Positions 47,481 to 58,740 of a stretch of DNA of 64,000 bases are shown here, piece by piece. The notes beneath the pieces were generated by a model. That model saw nothing but the letters and a program-made list of their open reading frames with translations, did not search any database and was not told the DNA's origin. How positions within the stretch are numbered: position 1 is the first letter of the stretch; every line of letters begins with the position of its first letter. The DNA is from Centroscyllium fabricii (taxonomy: Eukaryota), in the NCBI GenBank assembly GCA_051313645.2, contig JBNRSN020000005.1, positions 304,916,001 through 304,980,000 of the forward strand, written 5' to 3'. Both the position numbers and the translations under genes were made by a program.

Positions 47481-50132
47481 TTAATCGTAGCTTCAATCTG
47501 CGATTTTTTTCTCAGTTTAATGTGGGAGAGGCAAGAGTTTGTTTTCCCAAAATAGTTTACTGTTTTTATTTTTAATTTAGACCTTTCTTGGGGAGGAGGT
47601 GGAATGTTTCAGCTCATTTCTCAAAATGTTGCAGCCAAGGGTTGGAAAGGTAGTTCAACACTGAATGTAATTAGCAGTGTGTTTTATTTGAGGTTACAAC
47701 ATCTTGACAAAAAGTTGAGAGACAATATAGATAGAATATTGGTACCAACCTGCTGTGCCACAGAATCGTGGGAAACATCTTTGCACTAGTAATTCCTCAC
47801 GTGCAGAGCCCACAGTTGGGATGAATCAATCAAAAATTGCCATTGTGAGGGATGTGCATATTGGCATCCGGAGGTAGAGGCCAAGGCACACACCTTGCAA
47901 CAGGTTGCCTGACCACCCTCTTGAAGAATGCTGCTGAGGGGAGGACAATGTTTAAAGGTGGGGGTTGGGATTAAAATAATTTTAATCTGCAATGAAGTAA
48001 CTTTGTGGAAACCAAGTGAAATTCCCAATACCTTCGTGCCATAGTTTCACAATTCTTCACAGAGTTCCCCACACCAACTCTTTATTGAGAAGGCTGGGCA
48101 CTTACCAGCAGGGAAGAAGAGTAAATGAATCCCCCTAATGTACTTCGGTATGCCCACAAGTACCAGGTCAAGCAGATGATTTTGGAACTGGCCTGAAAGC
48201 CAGTCTGTTGCTCAGTGTCATAAGGACATAAGATCTGTGACCTCAGGAGTCTACAAATGGGAGAAAATAAGAGGGATTATTTCCAGAACTTAGAAAACCT
48301 AAATATTTCCTTCATTTCCCTGGAAGGAGAGATGTAAAATTGACATGCCCCAGCTGCCTACTTTGCCAGAATAGTGGGAACATGCTGTTGGAGGGAGGTT
48401 TGTGGCATAGAGGTGGGAAATCTATTTCCAAAATGAAGGGAGGAGGAAAAACTACGAAGTATTGACATCTGAAGCTGAAATTGCAAACGATTCAGCACAC
48501 TTTGTTGCCTGTTATCATTAATTTTGTGTGACTAACAGTTGACAAAGTTTTTAAAACATTTTTCCCCCACGACTAGTTATTGAGGAATTATTTATTTTTA
48601 ATTTGAACTTTACAATGCTATCGGTGTACCCACGGCAACTTTTTTGAAATTTCTGAAGTTGAATATCCATCTGCAGTGCACTGATGCCGATGAGCCCCAG
48701 GCACCTGCGTTTGTTTCTGCTCAGGCTCTGGTGGAATATCTTAGTGTGTATCTGTAGATTGTTGTATATTTTTTCCAAGTACAATAGTTTCTGGGAGCTG
48801 TATTTCAATAAACTGCTCTGTTATCAGGAAATAAACGATGCATTGTTTAAATGCAGCTTCCAGAATGGTAACTCCTACCTAGGGGCCATTTAGTAGTTAT
48901 GGGGTTGAGCTAAATAAATATTATTTGTACTTTACTGGCCATTGACTGGTAATTATCTTGATCTGAGTCAGTCAACAAAGCCCCTATTCATTTGGCAATT
49001 ACCTGGTTGTCGGTGTTGCATTTTTCCTCTCTGTTTTGAGCCCACCAAGTTGGTCCTTTCGCCTGCAGCTTTGTTCTAATACAGCATGACTGGCTGCTTC
49101 ACTTGCATGTTTCTGTCCGTTACACTGCCCTTTTGTCTTGGCGAACCTCGAATTTAACTGCATGCATATGCTCCAGTGTAGCATGTATTTGACCTAGCAG
49201 GCTTGTGTGGCTTGAACTCTCAAACTGTCTCAATGCGTCTTACCAATGCGGGCCCTGAATATATTTGACAGACTTTTATGGGCGTGAAGTTCTAACTTGG
49301 GCTGTAGGTATTTGAGGTGTCATTTGTAATGATAGAAAAATTTAAAGTTGAATTATACATCCCCTTTTGGCAAAATGCAGGATAAAATCAGATTATTCAT
49401 ACTGTGAATACTAATACATTTTCTTCTATATTTGTAGTGAAAATTGAAAGAGGCCTACTAATAAATACTACATGTTGTTTGCAAATTTTATTTGGTGGTT
49501 GAACTATTGCCTGTTTGTAAAATAAACCAAATGTACTCTAACAATAATGAATCCTTGGCCAAACTGGTACAGGAATCGTGAAGTACAATAAAAGCCTTCT
49601 TTCCTCTCGCAGATAGCTGGCGTGAAATGACGCACACAAGGAAACCTATTAATGAAATGTGAACCTTTTTTTAATCAGCCAAACCTTAATTGACTTTCGT
49701 TTTCCATTGCAGACCATTTAAAGAATCAGCCACAGCCTGCAGGCCATAGAACCAGTTATTCTTGTTTTTTATTGTGTTTTTTTTTTACTTTGCATTTTCC
49801 ATTGTTTCTTGCTCCTTTTCTTTCTTTCATTCTTTTCTTTAGTATTTTTCTCCTGTCCTCTTCAATTTGGTGTGGTTCTTAACAGATAAACACGAAATAC
49901 TGTAATTTTGTTAGTATTTCGCACATCAGGAAGCCATCCCTGATTACATTTAAACAAATTTGTAAATCCCTATAGATGTGCTGGCTTAATTGGGCCTTGC
50001 ATTAGTTATTAATGTTTCAAGTGTCGTGGATGTACTCTTGTTGCCTGAATAAGATTACTTTCTTTGTTCAAATAACCAACTCCATTAGTCTTTTTGCCCT
50101 TTATTTACAGATAAATCTTTCCCTGTTTCTAG

Positions 50133-50571
50133 GAGAAAAAAAAAGTGCATTCGCTACATACAAGGTGAAGGCAGCTGCGCCAGCCCACCCTCTTCAGATG
50201 GAAGCATATTAGATTCTCCTCCCCCTTCTCCTTCCATGCTCAGCCCTTCTACAGCAGACTCTGATCCACAGACTGAACAAATGCAACCTCTGTCACTCAC
50301 AATGAAACCTGATCCTTTGGCCCATCTTTCCTCACCATCCTCTTCCTCAGCCTTGTCGACAAACTCAGCACTCAAGTCCAGCGCAGTCTCAGCTGTTAGT
50401 TGCCAGAACGGGGCGTTAGAGCACCGATCCATCACCTCACACCAGTCCACATCCTCGTCTTCATCGCAGACTCGACCTTCGACATCATCCATGTCAATTG
50501 TCCATTCCCACGGTGCTTTGCAAGAGACACAGTCCCAGCCACTTTCACTTGTAACCAAGTCTTTAGAATAG
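50133..50571 (+). CDS. TCF7L2: TCF7L2 terminal exon 17, E-tail frame (RKKKCIRYIQGEGSC...PLSLTMK...PLSLVTKSLE*)
   Basis: ttctag acceptor; RKKKC completes the C-clamp; two PLSL CtBP-type motifs; the M-tail frame GEKKSAFATYKVKAAAPAHPLQMEAY* ends at 50212. Confidence 0.96.
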
Positions 50572-52115
50572 CTTTTAGCATAGTCGCTGGTGTTCTTTTT
50601 ATTTCATTTGTGCCATATGGCTACATGTTAGTAGATGTTATGGAGTGCATTGGTCAATATTTGACCCATTGTTATTTCAAGGTCCTCTTTGAATATGTAG
50701 GATAAGCCTTGAGAGATCCTGCCAACCTCTTGTCAACCATTGCAAAACTTTGTAGTGTTCATCACTGTTATGTGGTTCTTACTGGGTGGATTCTTTACTA
50801 GTAAGAGACTGATATCAAATTCAAAGAAGCCCTTGTGGAAGGAGTTGGCTACGCTGTATTATTTGTATTAAATAAGAGCTTGCGAACCAATCATTTTACG
50901 TCCATTTTATCCTTAAGGGCACAATGAATGCAGTGCCACCTGTTAATTGTGTGGAACAACTTTTGTGATGTTGCGTGTTATTGTTTAAATGTACAGAAAT
51001 AATGGGGAAAACTGTGTTAATATGCATTGTTCCATGGCGTTGTTTTTTGGGGGGGGGTGCAAGAAAAGAATTACAACGCTATAGGACCAGTAGTATTTAT
51101 TGCTTTAGAGATGCTTGTTGTATCATGTATGTTGTCTCTTTTAAATATTTTTCATTTCTTCAAACAATGTATAAAGTTTTTTTTTTGCTTAGTGTAAGCA
51201 TCTTATATATGAAAAAATTCATTTGTTACCAAGGATTTAACTTTTTTTTTCCTCTGTTGTGATACATGACTGTCACCAAATGGATAATGTTGTGGCATTG
51301 TAAAGAACAAAAGTGCACAAAATTGCTGAAAAAAAAGCCATTGTACAAAAGAAAACTTGAAAGCAATTGGGGGAGGGGGGAAATGTTTTTTGGAATAGCA
51401 CAAAAAAACCACCTGATCACCCATCTAAAGCCCTATAGTGGACTGTAGCCTCAACCCTGGAATTGCTTAACCTATATCCTATGTATGTATTCTGTGCCAA
51501 ACTTTTAAAGGTTAATACATCTTCCCTCCCCCATTTTTGCTGTATTTTGGTCCTTTTTAGCTGTGAGGTAACATAGGTATGTATGTAGTTTTAATGTTGC
51601 TGACTAGTTTAAGCTATAACGCAATGTGTTTGGTAGCTATTGGCAAATCATCCAAAAAATCTTATAAAACAAAGCATTGAAGGGTGAGAATTAATAAAAC
51701 CCATAAGGGCCAAATTTTCTGTACGTTGGGGAAATTACTCAAAACTGAAACTGCCACTTTTTATGTACACTACTATCAGTAGGTATTTAGTAAATTTTAA
51801 AATAGGCATGTTGATGTTGCAAAGGCTGTATACAACTGATGAAAAAGTTCATTCATTTGGTGCCATTGTAGTAGAAATGAAGCAGTTGTATAGCTGTCTT
51901 TTTTTTTTCCATTTTACTAAGAAGCTGATGACCTTTTGTGAATACTCTCAATGTTTCCTAACAGCTGTGATGTTCCTGTTCTGTTTTTTGCTCCTTTTTT
52001 TTCTTTTCATTTTTATTGTTCTGAAACCATTTTTGTAATGAATCAATGTTCATGCTGTACAGTATCTGTAGCATGCAGTTCTGGATTAATAAAAGCAACT
52101 TAGTATGTGCAGAGA
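50572..52115 (+). other. TCF7L2: TCF7L2 3' UTR
   Basis: Repeat-free AT-rich stretch from the stop codon to AATAAA, followed by a GT-rich downstream element. Confidence 0.75.
52088..52093 (+). terminator. Polyadenylation signal AATAAA
   Basis: ctggattAATAAAagcaacttagtatgtgcag followed by ttcttgtggtgttcgtgtg; context resembles the mammalian TCF7L2 3' end (from recall). Confidence 0.8.
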
Positions 52116-54484
52116 ATTCTTGTGGTGTTCGTGTGCTCTCCGTCACAGCTGCGTGAAGAAAGTGGATCGTCAACTTGTGACCTGAACCGTAACAACTTTT
52201 TAAATAAAAGTCAAAAATTTGCCTCTGCCAAGTTCAGATAATATGTGGTACAGTGCACTCCCAGATGTTGGTATCGAAGTGTTGTAGGTATGGAGTTATT
52301 GCAGAGAACATGTTCCTGATGGACAAAATGAGTTGACCTCTTCAGATATACATATTGAGTCATTTGTTGGGCTGCACTTAATTCATTTAAAATGATCTAA
52401 ATTTACTTTGTGTGTGTATATTGTACCTATTACTGCTCTGTAGCTATTGCTTTTCTTCAGAGTTCAGGTTATGAGTGCCCCTTGAAAAGCAGTATTTTAC
52501 TATAGTGAGACACTGTAAAAGACGTGTTTAATGGGCAGTATTACATGATTGTCAAAGAATTATCAATGCTGAATTCCCTGGGGATAATACTGTGTGTAAC
52601 TGCTGTTCTTTGTGTGCAGAACATTGTTTATTAAGTTTTGGGACTTTAAAAAAAAAAAAAAAAAGAGGGCATCACAAATATACCCAAGTTTAGATTTTAT
52701 TATACAGACTCAAAAGAGGCTTTCTATACATCTGTGTTAAACAGATTCAAACCCAATGCTTCTGTAGTTTAAGAGACATGAAATTAGAAGTCCTATTTCT
52801 CGACTCGTGATTGCGCCAGTTCATTATCATAATAAATGATGCTTCAAAATTATACATTACTTTTATTTTAAATAAAAGACTCGACAGAAATATTACATTA
52901 ACAACGTATTAAATGGGGTACCATGTCTCATTTCTTGCTGGACGCACTCAGAAATAAACAGATAAAATTAGTCATTTCATTTGCATATCACAGATGAACT
53001 TTTTATTAAGTTACCAGGTAAATATTGGGAAATGCCTGCTTTGCTTGTGGAAATGCCACTTGCATTTGCTGAATCTGTCTCTTTGCAGTTTTGTAACACC
53101 CCTTCTATTCATCAGCTACAGTTTTGAGTGAGCTTTGTAGAGCAGTGTGTTGAAGCCAGAAGGAAGTTATAGAGGTGTCTGTATTCCTGTTGGCCCATGA
53201 CTTTATTCTGTTTATTACACTGATGGTATATTTTCAACTGAAAAGGAGTACTTATTTTTTTTGTTCATGATATTCTAAAGCAATTTAATTAGCTTAACTG
53301 CTTATCTGTGTTAAAAAGTTGCAGTTGCTTACCATTATACCGCCATCCCTATTTCCTGCAGCATTGATGGTTTGTTGCTTATATCTGCCCACCTGCATAC
53401 AGTGATTTCTTTGGTAATTCAAAATAAGTACATTGATCGTCACACTCTGGAGAAACTATCTGTTTCTAGTTGTACTTTTGTAAACACTAACTTACCAAAA
53501 AAAACCTGCCTGATTGGATTTTTAGTAAACTTGACGAGTGACTTCTTGTCAGCAGACTCTAGTTGCCTGTCGAGAAAAAGATGTGCTAAAACTTGTGAAT
53601 TCTTCCAACACTGAATTGTCACCTCAAAAATGTTTGATCAGATTTTGCCAAACTTCCAATTGTGACCTGCCTGTTTCAAGAATCCAGATCGCTTTTGAAA
53701 ATGAGTATGTTCAGAACATCGATAGGTTAGTAAATACTCTCGTCTCAGAATGTGAAAAACACTTTGGCAGTTTTGAACTAAGTATGATGGGTGAATTATT
53801 CTCATCGGGTTCTGAATTCCTGTTGAAAATGACTGCTGCAAAGGGAGGGACTGGGGGCGTAAATACATTTTAAATAGATTGATGCCAACAAAAAAAAACA
53901 CGTGGGAGTGTTACTTTCTAGGATTTCATAAATCTGTCTTCAATTTAGAGAAAATTTGTTTGATTTATAACTTGAGTAGTTTTGTGGAAGTACTGAACTG
54001 TTCAGGAGCAGCACTGTGCTGCTGAGGTATGGCCTTTTAAAGAAAAACATGCTCATTGCCTATTGGGTGCAGCAGTATAAACCAGTGATATTTGGCTGAA
54101 GCTTTTGAACTGTATTACAGCGATGGCTGAAGATCCAATGCTGAGGTCCGATCTAATTATTGTATGCTTGTTAAAAAAAAAATCATTTTTCAAAGTGGTT
54201 AAGTTCTCACCCCCTGCGTCATTTTACCCCGCTTCTCCCCCACTGCCCCATAACTGTTGGTCATCACTGGGTTATAGTTCACCATATGCGCAGGCACCCC
54301 ACAGTAGCTCACCCAAATATTCATTATTCATGTCTAAGCCTTGACGCTGTTGGCAGGCAACTGATGCTGCCTTCAGTCAGCTATCTCCAGTCATTTTTAT
54401 GACCATCTGCTAAATGTGCAGTTCCGTAGTCTACAATGTTTTTCTGTTGCAAAACTCTAATCTAACTGAGTGGTATGTTTTGGG

Positions 54485-55380
54485 AGGAAGAATGAGAGGA
54501 AGTATACACTAAATTGTAAAACTTTTAAAAGGCGCGCAGGAGCAGAGAGACATATCGGGATTCCGATAAATTTTTAGAAGTTGATTAAGAAGATTTTTTT
54601 TAAATTACATAGAGGTATATGGGATCCTAGGCTTTATAAATAGGGAAATGAATGCAAAGGCAAAGGGACAATGCTAATTCTATACAAACCATTGGCTAAT
54701 CTCAATTAGAATATTGTCTGGTTTTGTGTGCCCTACTTCAGGAAGGATGTTAATGCCATGGAACGAGGGTGGAAGAGATTCAGTAAGGTGATACCTGGGA
54801 TGAGAGGCTTTAGTTGTTTCATAACATCCCTCGGAAAACAGTGTGAGGTAGTGGAAGGATTCTGAGGCTGATTAACAATCTTGGCAGGTTGTGACCTGAA
54901 CGCTCCTTCCGTGATCGTAACCATCTTCATACCAGGCGATCGGGTGGTTTGTCCCCTATGGCGGGAGGTTTGTATGGACTCCCATACGATGGGGGGGAGG
55001 TGGGGCGGGGGCACGCAATTCATTAAACCAAAAAAAGTTAATAACCGATCAGACAGCGGTGCTGTTAATTATGAGGGTTTTGATGAGGTAAATGGAAATA
55101 CTACACCGGTCTGTCCATCTGCAACTAGAGGGCCGCCAAAGGAAAAGGTTAGGAGAATTTGTTTTTTAATGCAGATTTTGTAGGCCATTGAGTGCCCAAC
55201 CAAACACACTGTTGGAAGCAGAATCCATAATAATCATTGCACGGGAAGTGGATAAATATTTTGAGGAAGAATTTAGAAGGCTATAGGGAATGGAAAGGAG
55301 ACAAAATGAACACTTTGAGAGAGCTAGTACAGGTGATGGGCCGAATGGCCTCCTTGCTGTACAATTCTCCTGATTCTATG
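54485..55380 (+). mobile_element. Old degenerate CR1 3' fragment with an unrelated ~250-bp interior segment
   Basis: ttagaatattgt...aggaaggatgttaatgccatgga and gatgggccgaatggcctcc tail. Confidence 0.6.
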
Positions 55381-56435
55381 ACCAAGGTCTTACAGTTAAC
55401 CTCTTCAAGCAGTTAGAACCATTCTTAATCCTGTAAACATGAAAGCAGCAGATTTCCATATGCATTTGATTTAGTACAGCATTTGATTTAGACAAGTGCT
55501 TGTCCACAGTGCTTACACAATTTTGCCAACAAACTTGAGAATCGCCACCTTTTTTTCCCCAGTGCAAAACACCACATGGAAGGTAAGGTAAAGGAGAGCA
55601 GAGATTGGCTTGAGTTGTAATATTCGCCTTGCTGCTAGTGAGTGATAAGCATGCTCCCATTAATACAGTAACAGCATCAAAAAATCCAAAGTTGTGAAAA
55701 TGGACTATACATTTAAGAAAATTTGCAGCCCACTCAAAAACAAGATTGCTTCAAAATTGGTGGCACCCCATTGCAAATAGAGGGATATGGTATTCTCTAG
55801 ATAATTATGCTGCGGATATACTGAGGCCCAGATTTGAATTCCAGGCCCCGAACATAGTTCTGGTTCTGAATCAACAAAAGCAGATTTTTGAAAAGTCAGG
55901 CCAGCTGTATCCTGTGAAAAATTTTACAGTACATGTGTGATCACTAATGCCATGCATTGATAAATGCATTCGCAGTTTCACAGTGTGATGTATTCTGAAG
56001 CACTCAATCCAAACGGGACCTAAATTTCAGTCTCGCACTGGACGAACTAGATGTTTTTCAGCACCTTGATCCAATTAGAAATACAAAAAGTCACACAACA
56101 CCAGGTTTAAAGTCCAACGTTTTATTTTAAATCACAAGCTTTCGGAGCGTCTGCCCCTTCGTCAGGCAAAGAGAAACTGAAGTCAAAGATCACACACATG
56201 GGGGAGGGGAGAAATTTGATCCCATACATCCAACCCTAGAGCACACAAGCATATTAGCATACCTTAACACCTCAGTCTGCAAACAATGGGGCACAATTGC
56301 AAAACACTGATTTTTTCCCCCTTTTTTAAAGCAAAAAAGACACATCAAAAGGGTGCAGTCACAGGGCCTAATGCTAGTCTGCTGTAAATCCCACAGAATT
56401 AAGCCGAAGATGGTTCGGGTCTGGATGACTCCACA

Positions 56436-57125
56436 ACGAAAAATCGCGTAGATCTCCTCAGAAGACAAACACGGGACACAACCAACAGAGTACCCTTTGT
56501 CGTCCAGTACTTCCCCGGAGCGGAGAAACTACGCCATGTTCTTCGCAGCCTTCAGCATGTCATTGATGATGACGAACACCTCGCTAAGGCCATCCCCGCG
56601 CCTCCACTACTCGCCTTCAAACAGCCACCTAACCTCAAACAGACTATAGTTCGCAGCAAATTACCCAGCCTTCAGGAGAACAGCAACCACGACACCACAC
56701 AACCCTGCCACAGCAACCTCTGCAAAACGTGCCGAATCATCAGCACAGATACAATCATCACACGTGAGGACATCACACACCAGGTACATGGCACATACTC
56801 ATGTAACTCGACCAATGTTGTCTACCTCATACGTTGCAGGAAAGGATGCTCCGGCGCATGGTACATCGGCGAGACCATGCAGACACTACGACAACGGATG
56901 AACGGGCACCGCGCAACAATCGCCAGGCAGGAATGTTCCCTCCCAGTCGGGGAACATTTCAGCGGTCAAGGACATTCAGCTTCCGATCTTCGGGTGAGCA
57001 TTCTCCAGGGTGGCCTTCAAGATACACGACAATGCAAAATCGTCGAGCAGAGGCTGATTGCCAAGTTCCGCACCCATGAGCACGGCCTCAACCGTGATAT
57101 TGGGTTTATGTCACGCTACATGTGA
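56436..57125 (+). CDS. PLE ORF C-terminus: Cys-rich linker plus GIY-YIG endonuclease (open frame, no start)
   Basis: AFKQPPNLK, CHSNLCKTC, NVVYLIRC...WYIGET...RMNGHR...HF...H...E...GLN; no stop found in manual translation. Confidence 0.9.
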   Translation, partial: TKNRVDLLRRQTRDTTNRVPFVVQYFPGAEKLRHVLRSLQHVIDDDEHLAKAIPAPPLLAFKQPPNLKQTIVRSKLPSLQENSNHDTTQPCHSNLCKTCRIISTDTIITREDITHQVHGTYSCNSTNVVYLIRCRKGCSGAWYIGETMQTLRQRMNGHRATIARQECSLPVGEHFSGQGHSASDLRVSILQGGLQDTRQCKIVEQRLIAKFRTHEHGLNRDIGFMSRYM

Positions 57126-57403
57126 CCCCGCCTGGCGTGGAGTCGTCCAGACCCGAACCATCTTTGGCTTAATTCTGTGGGATTTACAGCAGACTAGCGT
57201 TAGGCCCTGTGACTGCACCCTTTTGATGTGTCTTTTTTGCTTTAAAAAAGGGGGAAAAAATCACACTGTTTTGCAATTGTGCCCCATTGTTTGCAGACTG
57301 AGGTGTTAAGGTATGCTAATATGCTTGTGTGCTCTAGGGTTGGATGTATGGGATCAAATTTCTCCCCTCCCCCATGTGTGTGATCTTTGACTTCAGTTTC
57401 TCT

Positions 57404-57441
57404 TTGCCTGACGAAGGGGCAGACGCTCCGAAAGCTTGTGA
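57404..57441 (+). ncRNA. Minimal hammerhead ribozyme motif (mirror copy on - strand at ~56132-56169)
   Basis: CTGACGA-a-ggggc-agac-gctcc-GAAA-GCTT; palindromic stem III as described for PLE hammerheads. Confidence 0.75.
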
Positions 57442-58740
57442 TTTAAAATAAAACGTTGGACTTTAAACCTGGTGTTGTGTGACTTTTTGCATTTGTCCAC
57501 CCCAGTCCAACACCGGCACCTCCGCATTACAATTAGAAATAGGTTAGGGACAGGATTTTGGAGCTTTTCAGATTCCCAAAGTGTAGTCTAAAGCTGGTTA
57601 TGGAAAGGTTAAGCCTATTGTGAGCCTGTCTTTTGGTACCCTGTGGTGAACTGCTTAACTCCAGTTTGGTAGCTCTGTCAGATGGCATGGTCAAAATGAA
57701 CAATTTGCACTGTGGGATTGTAAGTGCAATATTTGAGCGATACGATAATTGGGGGTGACCAATGCACTATGTGACCGAGAAATTCTTTTGCTTTTTGCAA
57801 AGCTGAGCTTACCACATGAGCAGTCTTCCTCTGGCTGAAAGTAGTATATTTACTGAAGAACAGTTAGCTTTGACACCTTGGGCTAAGGAAGAGTAAAATT
57901 AGCCAGGGTTCCCGCTCCTGGCTGCTACCCAGGGAAGTGCATTTGTAATCACTGGGCAAGGACGGAATCAGGCTATGCCACCCTCTGCGGTTTCATAGTC
58001 TTATCAATACTCTGATGAGGCTCACTCATGGAGAATGGACTCCTGGGCTAAATATCATGGGGGAAGGGAGCATCTGTGAAATGTTACTCCAGCATGAATC
58101 ATCAGCCTGTAGAGAGGAGGGGAAAAAAATTCTGAAAACACTCCCAAGTAATTATTGTAGGTTGCTTGCTGTGCAACTCTGCCTTCCTGTTTTCTCCACT
58201 TGTCAGGAACTTCAGATTGTAACTTTGCAATGTTTCCTCCACTGACTGTACCCTTTTTCTTGCAGGGAACACCTGACTTGAAAGTAGACACGTTTCCAAG
58301 TAACAAACAAAACAACCATTATTCTGAATAGTTTCTCGTGAAACTGTTCTGTGATCTGTTTGTATTTTACAATCCAAGAGCTCGAGTCTAATCCTAATTA
58401 AAGCTCTTTTAAAAGCTTGCATCTTATTAAATTTGGCATAGCTCCACCCCTCGTAAAATGCTCAATTTGCTGCACAGTTCAATGTCCAAATATAAGAACC
58501 ATGCAAAAAAGATTATGACTGGATAGACGTAGCATCTTAACTGATTTAAAATCTGGCCCCTGTAGCGCTTGCAGGACCCAAGAACCACACAGGAGCCAGA
58601 GAGACAGATAACACTCGTTTAATTACATTACTAGACAAGAAAGAGACTGAACCACAAGGAGCAGGCTTATTTAAACGGCCCGCTTAGTGACCTCATCACG
58701 CCGAGAGATGTGACGTCATCGCGTCACCCGGTGGGCGGGA

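Larger units (their letters stand above)
56084..57529 (+). mobile_element. Penelope-like retroelement (Neptune-type), 5'-truncated, with inverted pseudo-LTRs
   Basis: Arms 56084-56434 and 57137-57489 are inverted; 40-nt 3' tail; 12-bp TSD caattagaaata. Confidence 0.92.

Noticed and set aside
50154-50558. 134-aa antisense ORF
   Set aside because: Shadow of the Ser/Pro-rich exon 17; no independent support
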